Shown: positions 35,989-45,973 of the stretch, one piece after another
Numbering within the stretch: the stretch's first letter is position 1
Layout of the letters: every line of letters starts with the position of its first letter
Assembly: GCA_902513515.1 (NCBI GenBank)
Contig: CABXNE010000002.1
Coordinates: 5,023 to 69,022 of the forward strand
Direction: 5' to 3'
DNA length: 64,000 nucleotides
Source of the DNA: an uncultured SAR86 cluster bacterium
GTDB lineage: Bacteria; Pseudomonadota; Gammaproteobacteria; Magnimaribacterales; D2472
Notes under the pieces: model-generated
The model's database searches: none
Seen by the model: only the letters and a program-made list of their open reading frames with translations
Told to the model about the DNA's origin: nothing
Translations under genes and position numbers: made by a program

Positions 35989-36951
35989 TTAAACCATAGA
36001 TATTAAATCATCTTGCGTTATTTCTAAATTATTCTTTTGCATGGTTTCAAGAATCAATGACCTATACTTTTTAGCATTTTTTAATCCTCGATTTAAGCCA
36101 AAGACATGCTTTAGAGTTCTAGAAAGTGGATAGCCTGAATCATTTTGAACTAAACAGTATTGTAAATACTTTTTTAAAATAGATTTTCTGTCATTGCCAA
36201 GATCAGTTTCATTAAAAATTTTTGAATCAACATTGCTTACAATCATTGGATTGTCATATGGACTTCGCCCTAACATCACGCCATCAACTTTTTCTAAATG
36301 ATGAATTGATTCATCGACGCCCTTAATTCCACCATTAATTACTACCTCTAATTTAGGAAATTCTTTTTTAAGTTGGTATACGTTTTCATATTTTAATGGC
36401 GGGATTTGTCTGTTCTGTCTTGGGCTAAGGCCGCTCAGAATTGCCACTCTAGCATGGACAATAATAGTTTTTAGCTTGGGATTTAAAATTTTAGCTACAA
36501 ATTCGTTCAAAAAATTTATGTCATCTCTTTCATTTACACCTATCCTGCATTTAATAGTTATCGGTGTGGAGGTAACTTCTTGCATGGCTTCTATGCAATC
36601 TTTCACTAGCTCTGGATCTTCCATTAGGCACGCTCCAAAAGATCCTTTCTGAACTCTTTCAGAGGGACAACCGATATTTAAATTAATTTCATCATACCCA
36701 AGAGAAGAGCAGATTTTTGAACACTCAGCAAGGTCAGCAGGATCAGAGCCTCCAAGTTGAACTGCAATTGGCTGCTCAATCTCTTTATTAAAACTTAATT
36801 GCTCAAAGCACTTACCATGGATAATTGCTCCAGTAGTGACCATTTCTGTATATAAAAAAGCTCTTTTTGTTATAAGCCGGAATAAAAATCGATCATGGAT
36901 ATCTGTACATTGCATCATTGGAGCAATGCAGAATTTATGACTTAAAGGCAT
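35989..36951 (-). CDS. dusA: tRNA-dihydrouridine synthase A
   Basis: CIAPMMQCTDIHDRF, INLNIGCPS, and KCRIG are Dus-family catalytic blocks with the DusA-type N-terminus. Confidence 0.9.
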   Translation of the reverse strand: MPLSHKFCIAPMMQCTDIHDRFLFRLITKRAFLYTEMVTTGAIIHGKCFEQLSFNKEIEQPIAVQLGGSDPADLAECSKICSSLGYDEINLNIGCPSERVQKGSFGACLMEDPELVKDCIEAMQEVTSTPITIKCRIGVNERDDINFLNEFVAKILNPKLKTIIVHARVAILSGLSPRQNRQIPPLKYENVYQLKKEFPKLEVVINGGIKGVDESIHHLEKVDGVMLGRSPYDNPMIVSNVDSKIFNETDLGNDRKSILKKYLQYCLVQNDSGYPLSRTLKHVFGLNRGLKNAKKYRSLILETMQKNNLEITQDDLISMV

Positions 36952-36955
36952 CTAA

Positions 36956-38467
36956 TTATAGAAAATTAACTACTGATATAAATCCAACAACACTTAAGAC
37001 AATAGTATAAGGGAGTGCCATTACAACCATTCTCATGTAGGACAGATTTATTAACGGCGCCAAAGATGATGTTAATAGAAATAAAAAAGCCGCCTGACCA
37101 TTTGGTGTAGCTATGCTTGGAATATTTGTTCCAGTATTAATGGCTATAGCAAGTTTATCAAATTGATCTCTAGAAATAATATTCAAATCCAATGCATCTT
37201 TGATTTCATTTATATAAATTGTTGCAACGAATACATTGTCACTTATAGCTGATAAAAGACCATTGGCTATAAAGAATATTGGAGCTTGGTTGCTAGCTTC
37301 TTGTGCTAATACATATGAAATAATTGGTGTAAATAACTCTTGATCAGCAATTACACTTACCACACCAAAAAAAACAACTAATAGCGCAGTAAATGGGAGA
37401 GCCTCTTTAAATGCCTCACCAAGATTATGTTCATGCGTAATACCTTTAAATGAAGTTAATAGAATAATTACACCTAAACCAATGATTCCTACTGCAGCTA
37501 AGTGAAGAGCTAATGCTATTATTAAAAAAATACCAACTAGCATTTCTATATATAGCTCTAATTTAATTTGATTAGTTCTCTGTGAGATCTCATAAGCATT
37601 ATATTCATGAAAAATATTTTTAATTCTTAGGGGTAGGTGATTACCAAAACCAAAGATATGGAGTTTTTCGATCGCAAAACAAGTGATCATTCCTGCAATA
37701 AAAACTGGAAGAGTTATTGGAGCCATTATCACCATAAATTCAATAAATTCCCAGCCTGCAACATTAGCGATAAGAAGATTTTGCGGCTCTCCAACAATTG
37801 TACAGACGCCACCAAGCGCTGTGCCAACAACACCATGCATAATTAGATCTCGAAGAAAGGCTTTAAAATTTTCGATATCCTCGATACCAGCTTCGCTTAA
37901 AGATGAATCATCATGATAATCATGATTCGATGTAGAAAATTCTAGGCCTGAATTTGCTAAATGAAAGATTCGATAAAACCCTACTGCAACAGCTATTAAG
38001 ACCGCAGTAACAGTCAAAGCATCCAGGAAGGCAGATAGAAAAGCTGCAACAAAACAAAACATTAAGGATAGCTTTGTTTTTGAATGTATTGTAAGAAGTA
38101 ATTTTGTAAAAATTGTTAACATTAAATTTTTCATAAAATAAATACCAGCGACCATAAATACTAATAAAAGAATAACTTCTAGATTATTTTCAATTTCATG
38201 AAGCAGTGAGTAGGAGTCAGTTAATCCAAGAAAAAATGCTTGAATTGTAATCAATCCTCCTGGCTGAAGAGGATAGCATTTGAGCGCAAGTGCGAGTGTG
38301 AAGATAAACTCTAATAAAACCATCCATCCAACAATGAATGTTCCGTTTAAGCCCATTGAATTTAAAATTAATAAAGTCATAGGATTAATTACTAAAAACG
38401 CTATGATGGTATTTTTGTACCAATCAGGTGAGTTACCTAGAAACATTTTGTATAAGTTATTGATCAT
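36956..38467 (-). CDS. nhaB: Na+/H+ antiporter NhaB
   Basis: 503-aa polytopic protein. The N-terminus [21 protein letters not shown] parallels E. coli NhaB (FLGQSPDWYK...). Confidence 0.9.
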   Translation of the reverse strand: MINNLYKMFLGNSPDWYKNTIIAFLVINPMTLLILNSMGLNGTFIVGWMVLLEFIFTLALALKCYPLQPGGLITIQAFFLGLTDSYSLLHEIENNLEVILLLVFMVAGIYFMKNLMLTIFTKLLLTIHSKTKLSLMFCFVAAFLSAFLDALTVTAVLIAVAVGFYRIFHLANSGLEFSTSNHDYHDDSSLSEAGIEDIENFKAFLRDLIMHGVVGTALGGVCTIVGEPQNLLIANVAGWEFIEFMVIMAPITLPVFIAGMITCFAIEKLHIFGFGNHLPLRIKNIFHEYNAYEISQRTNQIKLELYIEMLVGIFLIIALALHLAAVGIIGLGVIILLTSFKGITHEHNLGEAFKEALPFTALLVVFFGVVSVIADQELFTPIISYVLAQEASNQAPIFFIANGLLSAISDNVFVATIYINEIKDALDLNIISRDQFDKLAIAINTGTNIPSIATPNGQAAFLFLLTSSLAPLINLSYMRMVVMALPYTIVLSVVGFISVVNFL

Positions 38468-38485
38468 ATTTAAATTTTAATCCAT

Positions 38486-39313
38486 ATGAAATTAATAAGA
38501 GAACTCCACGAAACAATAAAAGAAGATTCTAAACTAATTATATTTTCCGATAACAAGATTTTATACGATCAGAAAGAAAATACTTATAGTTTTGAAATAA
38601 AAGATTTAAATCCAATTGAGCAATCTGATCCGTATTTAGCAATAGCTATAATTGATAATTACTATATCTATGTTTTAAATGTGGATTCAGATAAAAATAT
38701 ATTAGGCATCTTTATGGACCCTGATTCTACAGATTTTGTAGATTTAAGGCAGATTTTAGGATTTTTAGATAAATCTAGTTTTTTATTAACATCACGTGCA
38801 TCAATCCTTAATACATGGGCAGCTAATAATTATTATTGTAGTATTTGCGGCAATAGTCATTCATTTAACATAAAAGAAGGTGCTTTTGAATGTAGATGTA
38901 ATAGTACTCCAAAATATCCATCGATATCTCCTTGTATTATTACTTTGATACATGATGAAGATAAAATCTTACTTGGAAGAAGCAAATTCTTCCCACCCAA
39001 CATGTTTAGCACCCTTGCTGGTTTTATTGAGGCTGGTGAAAGTGCTGAAGAAGCTTTAATAAGAGAGGTTAAGGAAGAAGTAAATCTTCATGTTTCGGAT
39101 ATTAAATATTTCTCTTCTCAATCATGGCCATTTCCAGCTCAATTGATGTTAGGTTATTTCTGTAAATATAAAACTGGAGATATCCTTTTGAATGATGCGG
39201 AGCTTGAAGACGCGAGGTGGTTTAATATTAATGACTTACCTATTATTCCACCTGATGCATCAATTTCTGGCCAACTTATTCGCTCTTATATCGAGGGTCG
39301 TTTAAAGCTCTAG
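38486..39313 (+). CDS. nudC: NADH pyrophosphatase (Nudix hydrolase NudC)
   Basis: Zn-ribbon CSICG...CRC followed by the Nudix box GFIEAGESAEEALIREVKEEVNL and SQSWPFP. Confidence 0.85.
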   Translation: MKLIRELHETIKEDSKLIIFSDNKILYDQKENTYSFEIKDLNPIEQSDPYLAIAIIDNYYIYVLNVDSDKNILGIFMDPDSTDFVDLRQILGFLDKSSFLLTSRASILNTWAANNYYCSICGNSHSFNIKEGAFECRCNSTPKYPSISPCIITLIHDEDKILLGRSKFFPPNMFSTLAGFIEAGESAEEALIREVKEEVNLHVSDIKYFSSQSWPFPAQLMLGYFCKYKTGDILLNDAELEDARWFNINDLPIIPPDASISGQLIRSYIEGRLKL

Positions 39314-41321
39314 TAGGCTTTGGTCCAGGTGTTGGAGCCGGCGTAGGCGCAGGAGTTGGACCTGGCGTAGGCGCAGGAGGAGCTATCACAGGCTTCGATT
39401 TAACAACAGACTTATTACCATCTTTATCTTCCAATGGTTTTGAAGTTTTATTTAATTCAGCATCTTTCTTATTTGCTTGAGCGATTTTTTTTGGCGGTAT
39501 AACAACTGGTTTATCAGTCTTTTTATTTGGAACCTTTTTCGAATTAGAAGGTTTAGTTTTATTATTCTGCCCTCTGTTACGATTATATTGATTTTTATCA
39601 CTTCTAGTATTTTTGTTAACTCTTGGTTGACTTTTTTTATAGTTTCTATTTCTTTTCTTTCTAGTATTTTTCTTCTTTTTAGATTTGAAGATTGAAAGAG
39701 TAAGAATAGATTTTATAAATTGAAAAAATCCTGTTTTATTTTTTCTCTTTGGCATCCTTGGTGGCACAGATACTTTAACCAATGGCTTCAAAGATTTCTT
39801 ATTAGAGTTAGCATCACGCCAGTCCATTGATGGTTCCGGACTATTAGGCGTCATATCGTATGAAAATGGTTTTTTTCCAGCAACAGCTTTTACTCTTGCA
39901 ACTTTATAATAAGGCCTGGATTTATAAGGATCAGCAATGATAAGAATATTAACTTGATAGCTATTTTCTATAGCAATAATGTCTCTTCGTTTCTCATTTA
40001 ATAAATAGCTTGAAACATCAGCTGGAACATAAACATGGATTTCACCTGTATTTTCCTTTGCGGCATCTTCGCTAATAATTCTTAATATAGATTGGCCTAA
40101 AGAACGAGCACCACGCACTTGGACATGCTGGATATCATATGTCTCTTCTAAGGAGGGTCTTAATCTTTGCCTAGACAGTTCTAATAATCCAAATCTAGAT
40201 ATTCCTGCAATCTGGATTCTCGCTCTATCAGACTGAACGGCAGATCTAAAAGTATTTTCAACTTTTTGTTGATGTTTCTCATCTTGCATGTCAATGAAAT
40301 CAATTACTATAAGGCCACCTAAATCTCTTAATCTAAGCTGTCGAGCAACTTCTTTAGCTGCTTCCATGTTTGTTGCAAAGGCTGTTGATTCAATGTCTTT
40401 GCCTTTAGTAGAGCGTGCTGAGTTAACATCAATAGACACCATAGCCTCTGTAGGATCTATAACTATTGATCCGCCTGAAGGTAATGAGATTTCTCTCTGA
40501 AAAGCTAATTCAATTTGGCTTTCAATCTGATATCTATTGAATAAAGGAATATCTTCATTGTAGTAAATAACCTTATCAGCATGATCTGGAATCACTGATT
40601 TTGCAAAATCTAAGGCTTCAGCATGAACAGCTTCATCATCGATAAGAATTTCTTCTATGTCATCTCTAAAATAATCTCTAAATACTCTTAAGATTAATTT
40701 ATCATCTTTATAAATAAGGCTTGGGCTTGGCGCATCGGTAACGGTAGATTTTATTTGCTCCCAAAGATTCATGAGATAATCTAAATCCCACTTCAATTCA
40801 TCTGTTGATCTGCCTAATCCCGCTGTTCTTACAATTACGCTCATACCCTCAGGGATTTGTAATGCATCTAATGCAGTTTTAATCTCATCCCTTTCATCGC
40901 CTGATATTCTTCTAGATACACCACCAGATTTTTCAGAATTTGGAATTAAGACTATAAATCTTCCGGCAAGTGATATTTGATTTGATAGGGCAGCACCCTT
41001 AGTTCCACGTTCTTCTTTTAGAACTTGAATAAGGATCTTATCTCCTTCTTTGAGTGTGCATTTTTTTTTGCCGTCTGCATCCTTTGTAAAATGCTCATTT
41101 GTTAATTCTTTTAATGGTAAAAAACCATGCTTTTCACTTCCAAAATTTATAAATGCTGCATCCAAGCTTGTTTCAACTCTTGAAACAGTAGCCTTAAATA
41201 TACTTCCTTTGAGAAGTGATTGCGCATTAAATTCATTATCTAAGTCAAATAGCTTGGCCCCATCAACTAAAGCAACACGAAGCTCATCAGAATATGAGCA
41301 ATTAATTAAAATTCTTTTCAT
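39276..41321 (-). CDS. rne: ribonuclease E (short C-terminal half)
   Basis: MKRILINCSYSDELRVALVDG parallels E. coli MKRMLINATQQEELRVALVDG; S1 and catalytic DNase-I-like regions (VIDFIDM). An amphipathic segment GFFQFIKSILTLSIF is followed by a Lys/Arg/Asn-rich stretch and a PT-rich tail. It is divergent from rluC. The track's 11-codon upstream extension is not supported. Confidence 0.9.
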   Translation of the reverse strand: MKRILINCSYSDELRVALVDGAKLFDLDNEFNAQSLLKGSIFKATVSRVETSLDAAFINFGSEKHGFLPLKELTNEHFTKDADGKKKCTLKEGDKILIQVLKEERGTKGAALSNQISLAGRFIVLIPNSEKSGGVSRRISGDERDEIKTALDALQIPEGMSVIVRTAGLGRSTDELKWDLDYLMNLWEQIKSTVTDAPSPSLIYKDDKLILRVFRDYFRDDIEEILIDDEAVHAEALDFAKSVIPDHADKVIYYNEDIPLFNRYQIESQIELAFQREISLPSGGSIVIDPTEAMVSIDVNSARSTKGKDIESTAFATNMEAAKEVARQLRLRDLGGLIVIDFIDMQDEKHQQKVENTFRSAVQSDRARIQIAGISRFGLLELSRQRLRPSLEETYDIQHVQVRGARSLGQSILRIISEDAAKENTGEIHVYVPADVSSYLLNEKRRDIIAIENSYQVNILIIADPYKSRPYYKVARVKAVAGKKPFSYDMTPNSPEPSMDWRDANSNKKSLKPLVKVSVPPRMPKRKNKTGFFQFIKSILTLSIFKSKKKKNTRKKRNRNYKKSQPRVNKNTRSDKNQYNRNRGQNNKTKPSNSKKVPNKKTDKPVVIPPKKIAQANKKDAELNKTSKPLEDKDGNKSVVKSKPVIAPPAPTPGPTPAPTPAPTPGPKPTRALNDPRYKSE
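39340..39379 (-). repeat. in-frame 24-nt tandem repeat (identical 16-nt cores GGCGTAGGCGCAGGAG at 39340 and 39364) encoding the PAPTPGPT-type tail of RNase E
   Basis: Direct reading shows two identical 16-mers 24 nt apart within a locally GC-rich patch. The translation is APPAPTPGPTPAPTPAPTPGPKPT. Confidence 0.7.
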
Positions 41322-41590
41322 TTTTTTCTCCGATACAGAGAAAGTGAATAGCACTAGTGCTTGTTGAGTTATCAGAGTCTTATCCCTTGGAGCTCTTTTA
41401 ACTTACCCCATTATTCTAAGTGGAGTTTTTAAAACTTGTTTTATTCTTTAAGCACCCTTGTGCTTTATTAACTTTCTCTTATGATGCTGCAATACAGCAT
41501 TCTTAAATTTGTACTTAAGGCTTTTTGCCATAAGCTTTTTAACTTGTAGCTTTATATCTATAAACTATCAATTTCGAGTATTCTACCTTA
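41322..41590 (-). promoter_or_regulatory. rne promoter and long structured 5' leader (candidate autoregulatory region)
   Basis: This 269-bp gap is the longest non-coding gap in the window. It contains perfect small hairpins (AAGCAC-CCTT-GTGCTT at 41450-41465; ATGCTG-CAATA-CAGCAT at 41484-41500). E. coli rne has a long structured autoregulatory leader in the same rne/rluC divergent arrangement. Confidence 0.4.
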
Positions 41591-42532
41591 ATGAGTGGTA
41601 AAAACCTAAAAATAGACAAAGATCACGCTGGAAGACGAATAGATAACTATTTATTTAATATCTACAAATCTCTTCCTAAATCAAAAATTTATAGCATGAT
41701 TCGAAAAGGCGAGGTAAGAGTTAACTCTGGTCGAATAAAGCCAACACATAAATTATCATTGCACGATGAGATAAGAATTCCGCCATATTTAATTGATTTC
41801 AAAAATAAGAAATCAGATCTAAAGATACCGACTTCGAGAATTCAAGCATTTGAATCTTCCATTATTCATCAAAATGATGATTTCATTTTGGTAAATAAAG
41901 ATCCTGAATTAAGCGTTCACTCTGGAACCAATAACCTATTTGGCCTTATAGATATTGCGAGAGTTAAATTTCCATCACTGGAAATTGATCTTTGCCATCG
42001 TATAGATAAATCAACTTCTGGATGCGTCTTGCTATCGAAAAATAAATTTTTTTTAAGACACTTTCACAAACAACTAAAAGCAAATAGAGTTTTAAAAAAA
42101 TATGAAGCTATTTTAGTAGGAGTTCTGAAAAAAGATATAAAGATAGAATCAAATATCGATATCTCAACAAAAGAGCATCATCACAAGGTAAAAGAATCAA
42201 AAGATGGAAAAAGGGCAGTTTCGATATTTAAAATTATTAAAAAATATAACTTATTTACACATGCTGAGATTCAAATAACTACCGGCAGGATGCATCAAAT
42301 AAGAGTTCAAAGCTCCAATCTTAATCATCCAATAGTTAACGATACAAAATATGGATTATTTAGTTTAAATAAATATATAGCTAGCGAAACATCAGTAAGT
42401 CGTCTCGCACTGCATGCTTCATCAATCTCTTTTGAGGATATGAATGGCTTTGATGTAAGTTATGAGGCTCCTAAAAATAACGAATTTGATATACTACTGT
42501 CACAGCTGGATTATTTAACTATTAAATCTTAA
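41591..42532 (+). CDS. rluC: 23S rRNA pseudouridine synthase RluC (RluA family with S4 domain)
   Basis: N-terminal S4-like region (RIDNYL...MIRKGEVRVN), the catalytic HRIDKSTSGCVLL, and GRMHQIRV. Conserved position divergent from rne. Confidence 0.85.
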   Translation: MSGKNLKIDKDHAGRRIDNYLFNIYKSLPKSKIYSMIRKGEVRVNSGRIKPTHKLSLHDEIRIPPYLIDFKNKKSDLKIPTSRIQAFESSIIHQNDDFILVNKDPELSVHSGTNNLFGLIDIARVKFPSLEIDLCHRIDKSTSGCVLLSKNKFFLRHFHKQLKANRVLKKYEAILVGVLKKDIKIESNIDISTKEHHHKVKESKDGKRAVSIFKIIKKYNLFTHAEIQITTGRMHQIRVQSSNLNHPIVNDTKYGLFSLNKYIASETSVSRLALHASSISFEDMNGFDVSYEAPKNNEFDILLSQLDYLTIKS

Positions 42533-42567
42533 TTTAATCTGATAGTATGCATTTTTTTTAAAATATT

Positions 42568-42780
42568 ATGGCAGTACAAAAAAGTAAAAAAACTAGATCA
42601 AAGCGAGGAATGATAAGATCTCACGATCATCTATCTGATCTTACGCTTTCGACTGATCCCGTTTCTGGAGAGAGGCATCTTCGTCATCAAATGACAGCAG
42701 ACGGTTTCTATAAAGGTCGATTAATTAAAGATCTTAGAAAACCAATTAAAGAAGTAGAGGACAACGAAGCTCAAGACTAA
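42568..42780 (+). CDS. rpmF: 50S ribosomal protein L32 (with C-terminal acidic extension)
   Basis: [20 protein letters not shown]...[18 protein letters not shown] closely parallels E. coli L32. Confidence 0.95.
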   Translation: MAVQKSKKTRSKRGMIRSHDHLSDLTLSTDPVSGERHLRHQMTADGFYKGRLIKDLRKPIKEVEDNEAQD

Positions 42781-42782
42781 CC

Positions 42783-43721
42783 ATGTCTTCTTCTGCTTTT
42801 TTAGCCTTCCCCGGTCAGGGCTCCCAACATCTATCTATGCTTTCTAAGGGTGGTATCTTGGATATAGCTCTTTCGAGTAAATATTCGCAAGCTCTTGAAT
42901 GCTGTAGTGAATTAATATCACACGATGTCTTAAAGTTAATTGAAGAGGGCCCAGAAGATTTAATTAATAAAACCTCCATAACTCAACCTCTTTTAGTCCT
43001 TTGCTCATATCTTCATTACAACAAATTAGTTAATTCTATTGATATTTCTCCAACATATATGGCTGGCCATTCATTAGGTGAATATTCCGCTTTGGTTGCA
43101 GCAAATTCAATATCAATTACTGAAGCTCTTCAATTAGTTAGAAAAAGAGGCGAGTTGATGGAATTAGCCCCAACAGGCTCAATGTCCGCAATTATGGGTT
43201 TAGAGCAAGCTATTATTTCTGAAATCTGTTTAATCGCTTCACATGGAAATAACTCCCATGTTCAATGTGCAAACCTAAATTCTCCTAATCAAACTGTCAT
43301 TTCCGGCCATGATGATGCGGTTGAAAGAGCACAAGACCTATGCATATCTGAGGGCGCTAAACGATCAATAAAACTTAAGGTTAGCATCGCATCGCATAGC
43401 AAGCTTATGGTAGAGGCAGCAGATGAATTTAAAAATACCCTCAATACTGTTGAATTTAATATGCCAGATACCAAAATTATTCATAATGTGTCTGTGGATT
43501 CAGTATCTTTGCCTGAAGATATCCCATCACTGCTTATCTCTCAGCTGCACTCACCCGTAAGATGGGTTGAAACATGCCATTTTATTTCAACTTTGAATCT
43601 ACCGATAATTGAATGTGGACCAGGAAAAGTTTTATCAGGATTATTCAAAGCAAATAAACTTGAAAACTATTTTTCCTCTTCCGATGAAGATTTTTATGAG
43701 AAGATAAATAATTATGGATAA
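42783..43721 (+). CDS. fabD: malonyl-CoA:ACP transacylase
   Basis: FPGQGSQ and the active-site GHSLGEYSAL. Confidence 0.95.
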   Translation: MSSSAFLAFPGQGSQHLSMLSKGGILDIALSSKYSQALECCSELISHDVLKLIEEGPEDLINKTSITQPLLVLCSYLHYNKLVNSIDISPTYMAGHSLGEYSALVAANSISITEALQLVRKRGELMELAPTGSMSAIMGLEQAIISEICLIASHGNNSHVQCANLNSPNQTVISGHDDAVERAQDLCISEGAKRSIKLKVSIASHSKLMVEAADEFKNTLNTVEFNMPDTKIIHNVSVDSVSLPEDIPSLLISQLHSPVRWVETCHFISTLNLPIIECGPGKVLSGLFKANKLENYFSSSDEDFYEKINNYG

Positions 43722-44436
43722 AAAAATAGTTTTTATTACTGGTGTATCAAGAGGTATTGGATTAGAAATAGCTAAATGTTTTTTAAATGATGGTTATTTT
43801 GTTATTGGAACGTCAAGATCAGAATTTAATCTTCATGAAGCATTGGGTTCTGATGAGTGCCTACATATTCCATTAGATGTTACTGATAGAAAGCAAGTTT
43901 CTTCATGTTTAGGGGATTTGAAAGATCAAGATAGAGTCCCAAGTGTTTTAATAAATAATGCAGGCATTACTAAGGATCAACTTTTTCTTAGAATGAAGGA
44001 TCAAGATTGGGATGATGTTATTGATTCTAATCTCACTAGTGTTTTTAATATGACTAAATTGTTTATTAAATCCATGGTAAAGAATCGGTCTGGAAGAATT
44101 ATCAACATATCTAGTGTTGCTGGTTTAATGGGAAATCCTGGCCAGGTTAATTATTCAGCAAGTAAAGCTGGTCTTGGTGGTTTTACAAGAGCATTAGCCA
44201 AAGAAGTGGCAGCTAGAAATATAACTGTGAATTGTATTGCTCCTGGGTTCATAGAAACTGACATGACCACTCATTTCAAAGATGAAGAATTTAAAAATAT
44301 TTTAAATCAAATCCCAGCTAATAAAATGGGCAATTCTCAGCATATAGCTGATTTAGCTCTATTTTTGGCTTCACCTAAGGGCGATTATATTACTGGTCAA
44401 ACCATCTCTGTTGACGGTGGTTTATATATGAGCTGA
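43714..44436 (+). CDS. fabG: 3-oxoacyl-ACP reductase
   Basis: ITGVSRGIG, NNAGIT, YSASKAG, and its position between fabD and acpP. Confidence 0.95.
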   Translation: MDKKIVFITGVSRGIGLEIAKCFLNDGYFVIGTSRSEFNLHEALGSDECLHIPLDVTDRKQVSSCLGDLKDQDRVPSVLINNAGITKDQLFLRMKDQDWDDVIDSNLTSVFNMTKLFIKSMVKNRSGRIINISSVAGLMGNPGQVNYSASKAGLGGFTRALAKEVAARNITVNCIAPGFIETDMTTHFKDEEFKNILNQIPANKMGNSQHIADLALFLASPKGDYITGQTISVDGGLYMS

Positions 44437-44498
44437 TGATTTTATTTGTTTTTGCTAGAAATGTTGTAGAATAGATTTCTTTAAATGGAGGATGCCCT

Positions 44499-44729
44499 GT
44501 GAGTATCGAAGAAAGAGTAAGAAAAATTGTTTGTGAGCAACTCGGTGTTGGTGAGGATGAGGTGAAAAATGATTCTTCATTTGTTGATGACCTAGGCGCC
44601 GATTCACTTGATACAGTAGAACTAGTCATGGCTCTTGAAGAAGAGTTCGAACTTGAAATTGCTGACGAAGAAGCTGAAAAAATTTCAACCGTTCAAGAAG
44701 CTGTAAATTACATAAATTCAAACAGTTAA
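44499..44729 (+). CDS. acpP: acyl carrier protein
   Basis: The phosphopantetheine site [23 protein letters not shown] start preceded by GGAGGA. Confidence 0.97.
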   Translation: MSIEERVRKIVCEQLGVGEDEVKNDSSFVDDLGADSLDTVELVMALEEEFELEIADEEAEKISTVQEAVNYINSNS

Positions 44730-44740
44730 AAATTTCTTAA

Positions 44741-45973
44741 ATGAAGCAACTACACAGAAGAGTTGTAGTTACTGGTTTAGGTATCCTTTCACCAATAGGT
44801 AATACAGTTAATGATGCTTGGCATTCATGTGTAGAAGGCAAATCAGGCATTACTAAGGTTGATATAGGGTTAGAGAATAATCCAGTAAAAATTGGCGGTC
44901 GCTTAAAAAATTTTAATTCAGAAGATTTCCTAGATTCTAAAGAAGTCAGACGCATTGATCCATTTATTCAATATGGAATTATTGCTGCGAACCAATCTAT
45001 TGAAAATTCTGGAATTCTTGAATCAAATATTGATCTAACAAAAGTCGGTGTTAATTTCGGAGCTGGAATTGGTGGGATAGATACAATAGAAAAAAATAAA
45101 GTTCTGTTAGAGGAAAGGGGTTACAAAAAGGTTTCTCCATTTTTTGTGCCTGGATCAATTGTTAATATGATATCTGGACTAGTTTCTATTAAACACGGAT
45201 TTATGGGACCAAATACTTCTGTTGTAACAGCTTGCTCAACCGGTAATCATTGTATTGGAACAGCCGCAAGATCTATAGCATGTGGTGAAGCAGATGTAAT
45301 GATAGCTGGAGGTGCAGAAATGGCTTCGACGCCTCTTTCAATTGCTGGATTTATATCCGCTAGAGCCCTTTCTATGAATTCAGATCCCGAAGCGGCTAGC
45401 AGACCATGGGATAAAGATAGGGATGGATTTGTTCTTTCAGATGGAGCTGGATCTTTGGTTCTTGAAGAATTTGATCATGCTAAAGCTCGAGGAGCAATAA
45501 TTCATGCAGAAATTATTGGATTTGGTGCCAGCTCAGATGCTCATCATATGACGGCTCCGCCTGATGATGGAAGAGGGGCAGCACTTTCTATGTCTAATGC
45601 TATAGATGATGCTGAAATCAATCTATCTGACGTAGACTATATTAATGCTCATGGGACATCTACACCTCTTGGAGATATTGCAGAAACTATCGCTCTTAAA
45701 AAAGTATTTGGCGATTCTGTACCACAAATTAGCTCAACAAAATCTATGACCGGTCATACGCTTGGGGCAGCTGGCGCAATAGAATCTATCTTTTGTATTC
45801 AAGCTATCAATGAAGGAATTATTCCTCCAACCATTAACTTAGATAATCCTGACTCTCTTTGTGATTTGAATTACACACCACTTGTTTCAACTGAGAAAGA
45901 GGTCAATATAGCTATAAATAACTCTTTTGGATTTGGAGGTACTAACTCTACTCTTGTCTTCAAAAAAATCTAA
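44741..45973 (+). CDS. fabF: 3-oxoacyl-ACP synthase II
   Basis: Cys-His-His triad contexts VVTACSTG, NAHGTSTPLGD and GHTLGAAG. Confidence 0.95.
   Translation: MKQLHRRVVVTGLGILSPIGNTVNDAWHSCVEGKSGITKVDIGLENNPVKIGGRLKNFNSEDFLDSKEVRRIDPFIQYGIIAANQSIENSGILESNIDLTKVGVNFGAGIGGIDTIEKNKVLLEERGYKKVSPFFVPGSIVNMISGLVSIKHGFMGPNTSVVTACSTGNHCIGTAARSIACGEADVMIAGGAEMASTPLSIAGFISARALSMNSDPEAASRPWDKDRDGFVLSDGAGSLVLEEFDHAKARGAIIHAEIIGFGASSDAHHMTAPPDDGRGAALSMSNAIDDAEINLSDVDYINAHGTSTPLGDIAETIALKKVFGDSVPQISSTKSMTGHTLGAAGAIESIFCIQAINEGIIPPTINLDNPDSLCDLNYTPLVSTEKEVNIAINNSFGFGGTNSTLVFKKI

Noticed and set aside
39322-39381. The locally GC-rich repetitive patch considered as a REP/foreign insertion or intergenic repeat
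   Set aside because: It is in-frame within the rne 3' end and translates to a coherent Pro/Thr/Ala/Gly linker. No flanking direct repeats or mobile-element genes are present.
41322-41354. 11-codon extension of rne (MLFTFSVSEKK) in the ORF track
   Set aside because: RNase E proteins start MKR(M/I)LIN. The Met at 41321 aligns with the E. coli N-terminus, and the extension has no homology support.
41450-41465. Hairpin AAGCAC-CCTT-GTGCTT considered as a plus-strand terminator
   Set aside because: No plus-strand gene ends upstream of it, because the region is the divergent rne/rluC spacer. A role in the minus-strand rne leader is more plausible.
44390-44955. Minus-strand ORFs 44390-44629 and 44737-44955, antisense to acpP and fabF
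   Set aside because: They lie opposite two of the most strongly conserved genes in the window, so they are shadow ORFs.
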